From the NCBI RefSeq assembly GCF_009914755.1, contig NC_060945.1: a DNA stretch of 64,000 nucleotides; one strand, 5' to 3'. Both the position numbers and the translations under genes were made by a program. The DNA is from the human T2T-CHM13v2.0 reference genome, Homo sapiens. How positions within the stretch are numbered: the stretch's first letter is position 1; each line of letters begins with the position of its first letter. Below are positions 40,001-54,259 of the stretch, piece after piece. The notes under the pieces were generated by a model. That model worked only from the letters and a program-made list of their open reading frames with translations, was not told the origin of the DNA and did no database searches.

Positions 40001-42275
40001 ATCAAGTCACCAAGTGACCTGAATTGCTTATTATGAACTGGGTGCTTTCTGACCCATCTAGCCATCAAGGGGGCCATGCACAGCAGCATTCAGCATCAAA
40101 TCATCAAATTAAAGTGGTATATATGTGATCTGGCTTGAGCAGGTCCTGAAGACACAAGTAAGTTACCTGAGAAAGTAGCTCAAATGTCCATGGTCTCCAC
40201 TCCTGCCACCTTGCCTTCTTTCCCTTAGCCTGCACTGATGGCCTCATGGGGAGTTCCCTATGATCAGTTGACAGAGGAAGACAAGACTAGGGCTTGGTTC
40301 ACAGATGGTTATGCACGATATGCAGGCACCACCTGAAAGTGGACAGCTGCAGCTCTATAGCCCCTATCCCTGAAGGACAGTGGTGAAGGCAAATCTTCCC
40401 AGTGGGCAGAACTTTGAAGAGTATACCAGGTTGTGCACTTTGTATGGAAAGAGAAATGACCAGTAGCGCCATTGTATACTGATTCATGGGCTGTAGCCAA
40501 TGGTTTGGCTGGATGGTCAGGCACTTGGAAGAAGCATAATTGGAAAATTAATGACAAGGGAATTTGGGGAAAAGGTATGTGGATATACCTCTTGGAGTGG
40601 CCAAAAACTGTGAAGATATTTGTATCCAAAGTGAGTGCTCACCAACGTGTCATCTCAGCAGAAGAGAATTTTAATAATCGATTGGATAGGGTGACCTTTT
40701 CTGTGGACACTACTCAGTCTCTTTCCACAGCCACAGCTGTCATTGCCCCATGGGCCCATGAAAAAGGGGCCATGGTGGCAGGGAAGGAGGTTATGCATGA
40801 GCTCAGCAACAAGGACTTCCACTGCCCCAAGCTGACCTGGCTATGGCCACTGCTGAGTGCCCAGTTTACCAGCAGCAGAGATCAACACTGAGCCCTCAAT
40901 ATGGCAACATTTCTCGGGGTGATCAACCAGCTACCTGGTGGCAGGTTGATTATATTGGATCTCTTCCCTCATGGGAAGAGCAGAGGTTTGTCCTCACTGG
41001 AATAGACACTTATTCCAGTTATAGGTTTGCTTATCCTGCACCCAATGCTTCTGCCAAAACTACCATCCTTGGACTCACAGAATGCCTTATCCACCGTTAT
41101 GGTGTTCCACACAGCATTGCCTCTGACCAAGGCACTCACTTGCGACAGTGGGCACATGCTCGTGAAATTCACTGGTCTTACCATGTTGCCCATTATCTTG
41201 AAGCAGCTGGATTGATAGAATGGTGGAACGGCCTTTTGAAGTCACAATTACAATGCCAACTAGGTGACAATATTTTGCAGGGCTGAGGCAAAGTTCTCCA
41301 GAAGGCTGTGTATGCTCTGAATCAGCATCCAACATATGGTACTATTTCTCTCATAGCCAGAATTCATGGGTCCAGGAATCAAGGGGTGGATGTGGAAGTG
41401 GCATCACTTGCCATCACCCCTAGTGGTCCACTAGCAAATTTTTTGCTTCCTGTTACCATGACATTACATTCTGCTGGCCTAGATCTCTTAATTTCAGAGG
41501 GAGGAATGCTGCTACCAGGAGACACAACAATGATTTCATTAAATTGGAAGTTAAGAATGCCACTTGGACACTTTGGGCTCTTCCTACCTTTCAGCCAAGA
41601 GGGTAAGAAGGGAGTTACAGTGTTTGCTGGGGTGATTGAACTGGACTATCAAGATGAAATCTACCTACTACTTTACAACAGAGGTAAAGAAGAGTATGCA
41701 TGGAATACAGGAGATCCATTAGGGCATCTCTTAGTATTACCATGCTCTATGATTAAGGTCAATGAGAAACTATGAAAGCCCAACCCAGGCAGGACTACAA
41801 ATGGCCCAGACCCTTCAGGAATGGAGATTTATGTCACTCCACCAGGAAAAAAACCCACGACCTGCTGAGGTGCTTGCTGAAGGCAAAGGGAATACAGAAT
41901 GGGTAGTAGAAGGTAGTCATCAATACCAGCTATGACCACGTGATCAGTTGCAGAAACAAGGACTGTAATTGTTTTAAGTATTTCCTCCTTTTGTTAAAAA
42001 CTGTTTGTGCATGTATACACTTGTACTAAGAAAATATCTCCGTTTTATTCCTTTTTTCCTTTATCATGTTACATAGGATTTATTGACTTCATACCAGCAT
42101 TTAAGTATTGTTAACTTTATGTAATAGCATTTGCGTTGGGGATTGATGTAGTTCCAGTTGTACCAATGATAGTTGTATTATGTTAGGTGTAATTCTGATC
42201 TTATTATTGTCTTTATTTGAAGATTATGTTTGATCTCAGGCGATGTGGATGGGTTCAAATTGACAAAGGTGGACT
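40001..42275 (+). mobile_element. HERV-L internal region, 3' half (RT connection, RNase H, integrase, dUTPase, PPT); pseudogenised
   Basis: ORFs YTDSWAVANGLAGWSGTW (RNase H), WQVDYIG..GIDTYS..SDQGTH (integrase) and NWKLR..GHFG..GVIELDYQ (dUTPase). Confidence 0.95.
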
Positions 42276-42714
42276 TGTGATGGTTAATACTGAGTGTCAA
42301 CTTGATTGGATTGAAGGATGCAAAGTATTGATCCTGGGTGTGTTTGTGAGGGTGTTGCCAAAGGAGATTAACATTTGAGTCGGTGGGCTGGGAAAGGCAG
42401 ACCCACCCTTAATCTGGGTGAGCACCATCTAGTCAGCGGCCCCTGTGGTCAGGATATGAAACAGGCAGAAAAACATGAAAAGTCTAGGCTGGCTTAGCCT
42501 CCCAACCTACGTCTTTCTCCTGTTCTGGATGCTTCCTTCCTTTGAACATCAGACTCCAAGTTCTTTAGCTTTGGGACTTGGACTGGCTTAGTGATGGAGG
42601 ACTTGCAGATGGCCTATTCTGGGACCTTGTGATTGTGTGAGTTAATACTACTTAATAAACTCATATATATATATCCTATTAGTTCTGTTCCTCTAGAGAA
42701 CCCTGTCTAATATG
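42276..42714 (+). mobile_element. MLT2A2 LTR (3' LTR of the HERV-L)
   Basis: TGTGATGGTTAATACTGAGTGTCAACTTGATTGGATTGAAGGATGC start; AATAAA near 42654; followed by TSD TACAG. Confidence 0.93.
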
Positions 42715-44047
42715 TACAGGCTCTATGCAAGTCTGAAATCTAATAGGGCAGACATTAAACCTTAAAGTTCCAAAATTATCTCCTTTGACTCCATGTCTCA
42801 CATCCAGGTCATGCTAAAGCCAGAGGTGGGCACCCATGGCCTTGGGCAGCTTCGCCCCACTGCCTTTGCAGGGTACATCCCCCTTCCCTGTCTCTATCAC
42901 AGGCTGGCATTAAGTGTCTGTAGCTTTTCCAGGCATACAGTGAAAGCTGAAGGTATATCTACAATTCTGGGGTCTGGAAGATGGTGGCCTTTTCTCACAT
43001 CTCCATTAGGCAGTGCCCCAGTGAGGACTCTGTGTGAGAGCTCTGACCCCACAATTCCCTTCCATACCGCCGTAGCAGAAGTTCTCCATAAGGGCCCCAT
43101 CCCTGCAGCAAACTTCTGCCTGGACCTCCAGGTATTTCCATACATCCTCTGAAATCTAGGCAAAGGTTCCCAAACCTCAGTTCTTGACTTCTGGGCATCC
43201 ACAGGGTCAACACCACATGGAAGCTGACAAAGACTTGGGCCTTGCATGTTCTGAAATCATGGCCTGAGCTGTACCTTGGCCCCTTTTAGCCATGGCTGAA
43301 ACAGCTGGGATACAGGGTACCAAAACCCTAGGCTGCACACAGCTGGAGGGCCCTGATGGCCCATAAAACAATTTTTTTTCTCTCTTAGGCCTCCAAGCCT
43401 GTGATGGTGGGGGCTACCATGAAGGTCTCTGACATGCTCTGGAGACATTTTCCACATTGTTTGGTGATTAACATTCAGCTCCTTGTTACTTATGTAAATT
43501 TCTGCAGCAGGCTTGAATTTATCCCCAGAAAAAATATATATATATGTCTTCCTATCACATCACCAGGCTGCAAACTTTCCAAGCTTTTGTTCTCTGCTTC
43601 TTCTTAAATGTTTTGCCCCTAGGAAATTTCTTCTGCCAGATACCCTAAATCATCTTTCTCAAATTCAAAGCTACACAGATATCTAGGGCAGGGGCAAAAT
43701 GCCACCAATCTCTTTGTTAAGCATAGCAAGAGTGACCTTTACTCCAGTTCCCAAGAAGTTCCTCATCTCCATCTGAGACCACCTCAGCCTGGACTTTATT
43801 GTCCAAATCACTAACAGCATTTTGATCAAAGCCATTCACCAAGTCTCTAGGAAGTTTGAAACTTTCCCACATCTTTCTGTCTTATGAACCCTTCAAGTCC
43901 CTAAGAAGTTTCAAACTTTACCATATTTTCCTGTGTTTTTGTGAGTCCTCTAAACTGTTCCAACCTCTGCCTGTTACCTAGCTCCAAAGTTGCTTCCACA
44001 TTTTTGGTTATCTTTACAGAAGCACCCCACTCCTGATACCAACTTAC
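42715..44047 (-). mobile_element. THE1D internal region, 5' part
   Basis: THE1-int signatures (EVWEPLPRFQRMYGNTW-type pseudo-ORF; CACCCCACTCCTGATACCAACTTAC junction to the LTR). Confidence 0.9.
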
Positions 44048-44405
44048 TACATTAATTTGTTCTCATGCTGCTATGAAGAAATACCTGAGGCTGGATGACT
44101 TATAAAGAAAAGAGGTTTAATTGACTTACAGTTCTGCATGGCTTGGAGGTCTCAGGAAACTTACAATCATGGAGGAAGACACCTCTTCACAGGGTGGCAG
44201 GAGAGAAAAATGAGTTCAAGCAAGGGAAATACCAGGTGTTTATAAACCCATTAGATCTTGTGAGACTCACTGATTTTCATGAGAACAGCATGGGGGAAAC
44301 AGCCCCCATGATCAAAATACCTCTACCTGGTCCCACCCTTGACACAGGGAGATTATTACAATTCAAGGTGAGATTTGGGTAGGGACACAGAGCCAAACCA
44401 TATCA
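44048..44405 (-). mobile_element. THE1D 5' LTR
   Basis: CACCTCTTCACAGGGTGGCAGGAGAG...GACACAGAGCCAAACCATATCA. Confidence 0.9.
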
Positions 44406-44475
44406 GATAGATAGGTGGATTATTCTTTTGATTTTCATTTTGATTCTGTTTCTCTAGTGAATTGTGACTAATAAA
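44406..44475 (+). mobile_element. Displaced terminal piece of the MLT2B-type 3' LTR whose remainder is at 54260-54767
   Basis: GATTCTGTTTCTCTAGTGAATTGTGACTAATAAA resembles the MLT2 3' terminus. Confidence 0.75.
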
Positions 44476-44700
44476 TTGATTCAATGTATTTAATAGATAT
44501 GGACCTATTTAGACGATCTAATGACTCTTGTTTGCATTTCAGAAGCTTGTGTATTTTGAGAAATTGTTTTATTTTATCTAAGTTATAATATTTTTTATCA
44601 TAGAGTTATTAATATTATCCCTTTAGTATGCTTTTAATGTCTATAGACTTGTTAGTGATGTTCTAACTTTCATTTCTAATATTGGTAATTTTTTCTTTGG
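44476..44700 (-). mobile_element. L1M ORF2 fragment, the displaced upstream part of the L1 at 56589
   Basis: Reverse complement ...TATCTATTAAAATACATTGAATCAA continues in L1 register as TAACTAATAACTTTTC at 56594. Confidence 0.78.
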
Positions 44701-44899
44701 TTGTCATGCTAGCATGCAAGTCATGCAAGCATCCAAAATACTACATTAAAAATAAAGACAGATGCAAAGCACAAAAAGAGCCTAACTTACTCTTATAAAA
44801 CTGAGAAAAAACAGGAGAATGTTTTCACAAAAGAAAAATGGAAGAGAATGTAGTCTTTAATTTAAAAAGACATCAAATATAAGCAATGTGAATAAACTC

Positions 44900-45560
44900 A
44901 ACAGACAATTGTAAAGTTAATTGAACAGAGAACCAAAATGACAATATTACGCAGATAATTAAATAGAAACCATAGAAAACAGATTAGACAATGTGGATGA
45001 TAAAATTAGTAACAGAAAAAGCCATGAAGTAGTCTCAGTGAAATAAAGGGGTAAAAAAAAGTAATCAGAAAGAAGTTAATGTTAATGGTATACAGAAAAT
45101 GTGGATCCAAAATAAAGGTAAATGATTCACCAGCAAAAAAGCTCAACAAGTAAAATTAAAAAACAATAATCATATAATAGAAGAAAATATTTCTAAAATG
45201 TAAAATAATACTCATAGACTTAAAGGCATACTGTTCTCAAGAAATTCATTAGAAGAAACAATTTTATGACATTCTGGTAAAGTGATTGAATTTCAAGGAT
45301 AAAGAAAGAATTCATCAGGTATCCAAGAACTTACAAAGGGGATAAATCTGGCTGGGCGCAAATGCCTCCATGGAAAAATAAAGTGCCAGAAGATAATAGA
45401 ACAATATTTACAAAATTCTAAGGGAACAAGTGTGTCTCAAGAATATTATAACCAGGCAAGTTGTTATCCAAGTACAAAATGGCAGTACTGGCATACTTAA
45501 TCATGCAAAAACTCACAGAATATGTCATTCCTTATTCTGTCTTAGAATGAAACTATGTAA
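44900..45560 (+). mobile_element. Ancient HAL1/L1ME ORF1-like fragment
   Basis: GACATTCTGGTAAAGTGATTGAATTTCAAGGATAAAGAAAGAATT...AGAATATTATAACCAGGCAAGTTG. Confidence 0.55.
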
Positions 45561-45599
45561 GAGACAAATGAAGAAACCATTGTAAAAGAACTGAATGGA

Positions 45600-45785
45600 G
45601 CGTTGTTGCTGCTTCCTCAGAAGGGAGGGAACACCATGTCCTCACATGCAGACGGTACAGAAGGGAACAAACCCACACCCTCAAACCCATTTATAAGGGC
45701 CTGAATCCCTTCATCACCTTCTAAATACCCCATCTCTTAATATTATTACATTGTCTATTCAGTCTCAACAAAAAATTTGGGGCAT
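45600..45785 (-). mobile_element. MSTC/MSTD-like LTR fragment
   Basis: GAAGGGAGGGAACACCATGTCCTCACATG...CATCTCTTAATATTATTACATTG. Confidence 0.6.
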
Positions 45786-47835
45786 ACCCAATTTGGTCAT
45801 TGTTTGGATATTAGAACACAAAATTTAATTACTCAGTTTCTTACTATACATAAGACACTATTACCACCACATTGATTTTATTTGTTATTTTTATTACAAT
45901 TGTAACAAAACCTAGGAGCATCTGTATACAGAACTTAAACACAAACAAAGACTTTTCCGATTTTGTCATTTAATCTCCAAATCTTACCGCTTAAGGTATC
46001 TTAATTACGGTTATCCCTAAACATATGCAAATGCAGAGATTGGAAGAGCTAAGTAACTACTAAGTTGTGGAGCTAAGACTGAATTCTGGGTTTCAGACTA
46101 CAACTTTCAAAACATTTCTGTTGCATAATGAGGTAAAAAATATAGTGCCTAAATTGGAAGGTTAAATGATTCCTTCATAGAGGAAATTCAGAAAACAATA
46201 TAAAATAGAAGAAAACAATTCCTGGTTATTATGGAAATTGTATTATGTGTTGCAAAGCAATGACAATAAATGTACTTAAATAAATCACCAACTTAATAAA
46301 CCATCTTCGATTGAATCCTTAGTTTTCTCATGCAAAGTCTAGTATTCCTACAGAGCCAGAACGGTGTACAAAGAACAAGACGGGCAGATAAAATTAATGC
46401 TAGCTTAGTTTTATATGAAGCAGCAATTGGGAATATCAACTGTTCTCATGTTTAAATATTTGCTTTTGGCAAAATCCAAACAAGCTCACTATTTGTTAGA
46501 TTCGTAGGTATAGAGTCAATGTGGCAGTAGGTCTGGAGTGGGGCACATGTATTTTGTAGATTCAAAGATGTTGTCAATTTTAAAACATTAATTTTATATT
46601 AAATTTGGAGAGAACACCACTTTATTGAATGCATGCCAACATTTTAAGATGTCTTCCATTTTCAGAGCAATTTTATAAAAAGGATATACTGAAGTTTATT
46701 CTACTACAGGCATGAAAGTTACCACGCAAACCAGAGATACATTTGCTCTTTGTGAAGAAGCTTCTGCCCATTTGTCCATTTCAGTATATCATTTAAACAG
46801 TACAGCCAGTGCTGAATAGAGGCATCAGTTGAAGTCACCATCATGGCTACACAAATTGATTCCTTATGTGGGGAAAAAGAAAAATCCTCAAATGGCAGAT
46901 GGACAATTAAATATCTTGGTTCCCACGTTATTTCCCTGGAACCTCAAGTAGATTTAGTCAGACCCTTGGTAATTGATAAATATGATTGAGGACTTTGCTC
47001 TATCTTTTTTACATTAAATGAGTACATTACTCAGAAACATAAATAACCCATTGTAGTGATCATTGCCTACATGGGGAGATTTTTAGCTTCAAGTAATGGA
47101 TGCACAACCCAAAGTGAACATTTTTTCTATGAGAGAACACAAAGTACAGACGGAGCGTGGTTCCATGATTGATTCAGTAGCTCAGTGACACGATCCATGT
47201 GCTAGGTGTTTTTTCATCTTTGCACTCTCCCAGACACAGCCTATCAGCCAAGTGTAAGTCCATATTTCCAAAACAGCTGCAGCCTTTCCAAGTCTTCGCA
47301 GGGAGAAATGATCATGACCACATTCTCTGAAGGAGAAGAAGGGAACTTCCTCCCCTGAGTCTCATTTTATTGAGGAAAAAAAAAAAAACTTTTTACATGA
47401 GCAGCCCTCACCCTGAAGACATTCACAATTCTTATTTTTCAATAGCAATTAATTTTATTAGTTTGACAATTTATGATCATAAAAAATGCAATTCAAGAAA
47501 TGACTAAAATATGTTAAAGAAAATATCAGAATTATTCCTGGCACTTATATCTAATATTTCAAAACAGGCTATTTCAGCAACTGATTTATAAAGTGCTAAT
47601 ATAAAAATAATCTCAAATATGTTTAATTTCATCCATAAACTATAAATTATGAATTGCTATAAATTTTTGGTTAGCAAAAAAAACCAAAATATTTTTCCTC
47701 ATGAGACTGAATTATAGTGATAATTAATTTCAAGAGCACTTATATAGACTGAATGTTGACACAAGAAGTAGTTTTTGCATGAGCATTTTGAGTATTATCT
47801 TGGAATTAGAAGTAGTTTTAAGTCACTTTCCCCTG

Positions 47836-48320
47836 TGTATTGGTTTCCTGCTGCCTCTGTAACAAATTACTGGAAACTTGGTGGCTTAAACAATAGAAAT
47901 TTATTCTTTTACAGTTCTCGATGTCATAAATCTGAAATCAGTATCGGGGGTTTGTAGGGTGTGGCCATCAGGAAAGTTCTAAACAGATAATTCCTAATCC
48001 TTTAGATAATATTTCTAGTGGCCACCAACATTCATTGGCTTGTGGTACATCAGTCTAACCTCTGCCTGTGTGATCACATCCCCTCTCCTTTTCTGTCTGT
48101 GTGGTCAAATTTCTTTCTGTTTCCCTCTTATACAGATACATGTGATTGTATTTAGAGTCCATCTGGCTAATACTGGATAATCTTTTAGGTCAAGATCTTT
48201 AACTTAATCACATGCAATGATTGATTTTTTGTTTGTCTGATTTTTCATATAAGGTAATATTCAGAGGTTCAAGAAATTTAGATATGAATTTTTTTTCTGG
48301 AACATTTTTGACCTACTGCA
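47836..48320 (-). mobile_element. MLT1B/C-like solo LTR
   Basis: TGTATTGGTTTCCT..TGTAACAAATTAC..AAACTTGGTGGCTTAAACAATAGAAATTTATT. Confidence 0.8.
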
Positions 48321-48322
48321 CA

Positions 48323-48790
48323 CTCATTCACTTATTCGTTTATGCATTTAACAAATATTATATGAACACCTGCAATGGATCAGACACTGTTCTAATGCTG
48401 GTTATATAACAGCAAAGTAAAGAGACAAAGGTTTTACATTCTTGGAGTTTACATTCTAGTACAAACATTGGCAAACTGTTTCTGTAAAGGGCCAGATAGT
48501 AAATATTGTTTGTAGATCATACAGTTTCTCTGTTGCAACTACTGAACTCTCCTGTTGTAGCATAGACACAGCTCCTCCTCTCTAAATACAAAAATGAATA
48601 GCTGTGGCTATATTCCAATAAATAATTACACATGAAAACAGGAAGCAAGCTAGATTTGGCTCTGGGGTTATAGTTGGCCAACACTTTCTCTGGACAGAAG
48701 ACACAGGAGAAAAAGTGACAGGCAAATACAGAATATGTCAGATGGTGATAAGTGATGTGGTTTTAAATAAAGCACATTCAGAGAAATAGG
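48323..48790 (-). mobile_element. L2a 3' end interrupted by MER58A
   Basis: CATTCACTTATTCGTTTATGCATTTAACAAATATT; GGAGTTTACATTCTAGT. Confidence 0.7.
48462..48690. mobile_element. MER58A (hAT-Charlie) MITE
   Basis: GGCAAACTGTTTCTGTAAAGGGCCAGATAGTAAATAT ... TAGTTGGCCAAC. Confidence 0.85.
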
Positions 48791-48799
48791 ACATTCAAA

Positions 48800-49528
<729 letters not shown>

Positions 49529-49852
49529 TTAGGAAGTGTTGCTCTTGTAAGCAGGGTAGCCAGAAAAAGTTTTCCTGGCCTTTCTGAGGAAAGCAGGGGG
49601 CTAATGTGGCAGAGATTTGCAGGGGGCATTCTAATATTTAGGCTAGCTTTGTGCTTCTGAATTTATCTCTTTACAGATAGATTAGTCATGAGACTGAGCA
49701 GTAGTTGTTGAAATGTGGGAAGGAAAAATACAGGCCATTTACAGGTCAGACTCCTAAAACTCACTGTACTCTTCTCCTTGCTTTTTCTTTCTCTCTTTGG
49801 GAACAAAATCAAGGACTTAATCTCGGCTTAGAAGAGAGCTAACCAGAGGTGC

Positions 49853-52800
49853 CATAGTCAAAAGTTCAGTTTCCACCAAAGCCCAGTAACAGGCCACAAG
49901 CTGTCTCTCAAAAAGAGAGTAGTTATCTGCAGAAGATGGCAGGGCCTTGCTAGAAAATTCTAGAGGCCCCTGCTGTGATTGACCTATAGGGGCCTGCCAA
50001 AGGCTCCAAACAGCATTCCTATCTGCCACTGGCACCTCAAGCACCTTTGTATCTGCTGGGTCATATGGCCCAAGTGGCAGAGCAGCTTGCATAGCAGCCT
50101 GGACCTGTTGCAGAGCCTTCTCCTGTTCTGGTCCCCATTCAAAACTGGAAACTTTTTGGGTCAGTCAGTAAATGGGCAAGAATAACACACCCAAATGAGG
50201 AATGTGTTGCCTCCAAAATCCAAATAGGCACAAAACCACTAAGTGTTGTGCCTTTTTCTTGCTTGTAGAAAGGGCCAAGTGCGGCAACTTATCCTTTACC
50301 ATAGAAGGAAGGTCTCAACATGTCCAACACCACTAGACCACTAGACCCCTGGAAATTTTACTGAGGTAGAAGGTCTCTGAATTTTAGTCAGATTTATTTC
50401 CCATCCTCTGGCATGCAAATGTCTTACCAATAAGTCCAGTATGTTCGCTACTTCTTGCTCACTGGGTCCAATCAGCATAATGTCATTAATGTAATAAACC
50501 AGTGTGATATGTTTGTGGAAGTGAAAAGTGATCAAGGTCTCTTTGAATAAGATTATGATCCAAAGGCAGAGAGTTCACATACCCCTGAGGTAGAACAGTA
50601 AAGGTATATTTACTATAAAGGTATACTTACATTGCCAGCTGAAGGCAAATTGCTTCCAATGGACAAGAATAGAGAAAAAGGCATTTGCCAAGTTAATGGC
50701 TGCATGCAAGGTACCAGCAGACGTGTTAATTTGCTCAAGTAATGAAACCACAACTGGTAGAGCTGCTGCAATTGGAGTCACCATTTGGTTAAGCTTACAA
50801 TAATCCACTGTCATTCTCCTAGATTCATCTGTCTTCCCCACAGGCCAAATAGGAGAGTTGAACAGGGATGTAGTGGGAATCACCACCCCTGCGTCTTTCA
50901 AGTCCTTAAGGGTGTCACTAATCTCCGTAATCTTTCCACGGATGCAATATTATTTTTGATTTATGATTTTTCTAGATAGAGGCAGCTCTAATGGCTTCCA
51001 TTTGGCCCTTCTTACCATAATATCCCTCACCCTGCCAGTCAGGAAGCCAATGTGGGGGTTCTGCCAGCTGCTATGTATGTCTATGCCAATTATGTATTCT
51101 GGCACTGAAGAAATAACCACAGGATGAGTCTGGGAACCCCCTGGAGTTGTGTAAGTAGGGCCTGAGCTAAAACTCTATCAATTACTACCTCCATAAGTCC
51201 CTACTTTAACTGGAGGACCACAGTGACATTTTGGGTCTCCTGGAATCAACGTCAGCTTAGAGCCAGTGTCTAATAGTCCCTGAAACGTCTAATCATTTCC
51301 CTTTCATCAATGCACAGTTGCCCTGGTAACAGGTCAGAAGCCTCCTCGGGGAAGAATGGGAGAAAGAATAACAGCATAAATTGTCAGTAGTATAGTGGGG
51401 TTCTTGATCAAAGGGACCTGGCCTCCCCTTTATTCAAGGGGTTCTGGTTCTGGCTCCAATCTGGAAATTAATTGAGGGGCCATGGTTCTCTGTTTTTATC
51501 ATTCAAATTAGTCTTTTGTCCATTTGACCTGGATGTTTTCTGCCTATATAAATTAAGCAGGAATTCAGTAGGCTTCCTATCAATTTCATTTCTAGGAACA
51601 TCACGATTAGCCAATACCAGAGCTCTACACGAGTTTGCACTATTTAATTGCTGCTTTGCCTCTGCTGTCCATTATAATAGCTATGCCCACCTTGCCTTTG
51701 ATGGTTTAGTGCTGCCACTTGGCCCCTGCCACCTCAGGATCCAAGTATTCCCATTGTATTTCAATTTTGTAGTTGAGTGACTGCAGTTCCCACTGTTAGA
51801 TCTGATATACAGAGAAGAGCAATTACAGGGCTCTTCAAAGATGCAGGTGCTGCTCTCACAAGTCTATTTCACAAAACACTGGCCAAGAATATATCTTCTG
51901 GACCCACCCAGCTCGGATAGGTAGGTGTAAAGTGACTAATCTCCTCCATCATCCCAATCTTTCTAAGCCTTTTGATTCTTTCCTCTACATTAACCCAAGG
52001 GAGGAAATTAGGCATTTCCAGCTCGCTCACAGTAGGCTATCTTTTAATCCATATTTCAGCCAACAAAGCAAATAAACTATCAGAACCATTTTTTAACTCC
52101 CCAAGCTGTAACATTAAATGCAGAGTCCCTACCTAGTGGGCTTAAATCAATACGTTCAGCCTGATCCAACTCTATGTTCCTTCCACTATTATCCCATACC
52201 CTTAATATCCATTCCCATTCCTGTTCTCCATATTTATGCTTATATAAATAGAAAGCTCAAGCAGTTCTTTTGAGTGTAGTGCACCTCCTCATAGGTCACA
52301 CTCTCAACCTCCCCCTTAGGGGGGGCCAACTGGGACTTTAGACTAGTTATAGGCCTAGAAGCAAACAGGGGTGTTGGGGGTGGCTCCTGAGGAGAATCAA
52401 CATTATCTTGCCTGACGACTGCCTCAGGGGAGGCCATCACTGTTGCCTTAGGCAGCGCACGGTTTATCTCCTCAGACAAAGGTGGAAAGGCTGATGGAAG
52501 CATGGACTGGGGAGGGGATGTTGCCACTACTGGGCATGGAGAAGCTGTTTCTTCTGGCAAAAAGTGTTCATCAGAGTTGACAATCTCAGTGTGCCCACCT
52601 TCATCAGAGTCCTCCCACACATTCCCCTTCCAAGTTGCAGGGTCTTATTCTTTTCCAATTAATGCCCTCACTTTAACAGTAGACACCTGGTGAGGCTGTG
52701 CATGCACCTTTCATTGCAGTTCAGCCACTCACATAAGAGCTTGTGTCTGTTTTTCCACAATTTCAGCTCTGTCTCTACAGGAGATAAGACTCCCACTCAG

Positions 52801-53187
52801 GGTAATCTTAGCAGATTTGATACTTAGCATCTGCTTCTGAAGCTGGGAGTTAGAATCCCTGAGTTCATCATTTTCTTTCATCCTTTTGTCAAGTGAACTT
52901 AGGAGCAACCAACCAACTTCATTTTGTTCCTTTATTCTCCATATATAGTCACTAAACTCCTTGACTCTCATGAGCAGTAAATCAGGGGTGCCAAATGCTT
53001 TTATTTTTCATAACTATCTAAGCAGTCCATGCCAAGGACTATCAGTGTTCTCCATACTATTAGAGTAGAGTCCTTAGCATTTTGGGGTCTAATCATATTA
53101 AGCAGCCACTCTAGAAACCCTAAAAACAACAGAAGAACTCCATTATTAATAGTCTGTTCCTCTAGAACCACTCCTGATATGAAAATC
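49853..53187 (-). mobile_element. HERV-L internal region, 5' half (PBS, gag, protease, RT); pseudogenised
   Basis: ORFs ..FNSPIWPV.K.D...RMTVDY.KLNQ and [13 protein letters not shown] (RT), LPLGPYDPAD..YSLFERQLVACYWALVETE, gag PPPTPLFASRPIT; Leu-PBS-like AACCACTCCTGATATGAAAATC next to the LTR. Confidence 0.95.
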
Positions 53188-53636
53188 TGTGTTAGTCAAG
53201 GTTCTCTAGAGAGACAGAACTAATAGGATATATATATAGAAAGGGAGGGAGTTTATTATGTTGTAGTAACTCACATGATCACAAGGTCCCACAATAGGCC
53301 ATCTACAAGCTGAGGAGAAAGGAAGCCAGTCCAAGTCCCAAAGCTGAAGAACTTGGAGTTCGATGTTCCAGGGCAGGAAGCATCCAGCACAGGGGAAAGA
53401 TGTAGGCTAGGAGGCTAAGCCAGTCTAGGCTTTTTACGTTTTTCTGCCTGCTTCATATCCTGGCCACACTGGCAGTTGATCAGACTGTGTCCACCCAGAT
53501 TAAGTGTGGGCTTGCCTTTCGCAGCCCACTGACTCAAATGTTAATCTCCTTTGGCAAGACCCTTACAGACCCACCCAAGATCAATACTTTGCATCCTTCA
53601 ATCCAATCAAGTTGAGACTTAATATTAACCATTACA
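53188..53636 (-). mobile_element. MLT2A2 LTR (5' LTR of the HERV-L)
   Basis: Reverse complement of the LTR at 42276; followed by CTGTA (reverse complement of TACAG). Confidence 0.93.
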
Positions 53637-53904
53637 CTGTAGCTTCTTTGTTTTGGCCAGTATCTTCCACTTAGAATGTGTATATTTACCCAGTGACTAT
53701 ACTCCATTGTATCTGGGAAGTAACTAACTTGCTTTTGATTTTACAGGTTCATAGGCAGAAGGGACTGCCTTTTCTCAGATGAGACTTTGTACTTGGACTT
53801 TTGAGTTAATGCTGGAATGAGTTAAAACTTTGTGGGACTGTTGGAAGGGCATAACTGTGTTTTGAAATGTGAGGACATTAGAATTGAGAGGGCCATGGGT
53901 GAAA
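53637..53904 (+). mobile_element. THE1D internal region, 3' part
   Basis: CTGTAGCTTCTTTGTTTTGGCC...GTAACTAACTTGCTTTTGATTTTACAGG...GAGTTAATGCTGGAATGAGTTAA. Confidence 0.9.
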
Positions 53905-54259
53905 TTATATGGTTTGGCTCTGTGTCTCTAACCAAATCTCACCTTGAATTGTAATAATCCCATGTGTCAAGGGCAGAACCAAGTAGAGGTAACTGTAGCA
54001 TGGAGGCAGTTCCCTCATGTTGTTCTCATGATAATGAGTGAGTCTCATGGGATCTGATGGTCTTATAACAATTTGACATTTCCCCTGCTTGCACTCAGTC
54101 TGTTTCCCGCAACCCTGTGAAGAGGTGCCTTTTGCCATGCTTGTAAATTTCCGGAGGCCTTTCCAGCCATGTGGAACTGTGAGTCAATTAAACCTCTTTT
54201 CTTTATAAATTACCTAGTCTCAGGTATTTCTCTACAGCAGCCTAAGAACAAACTAATAT
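53905..54259 (+). mobile_element. THE1D 3' LTR
   Basis: ATATGGTTTGGCTCTGTGTC...CATTTCCCCTGCTTGCACTC...GAGTCAATTAAACCTCTTTTC. Confidence 0.9.
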
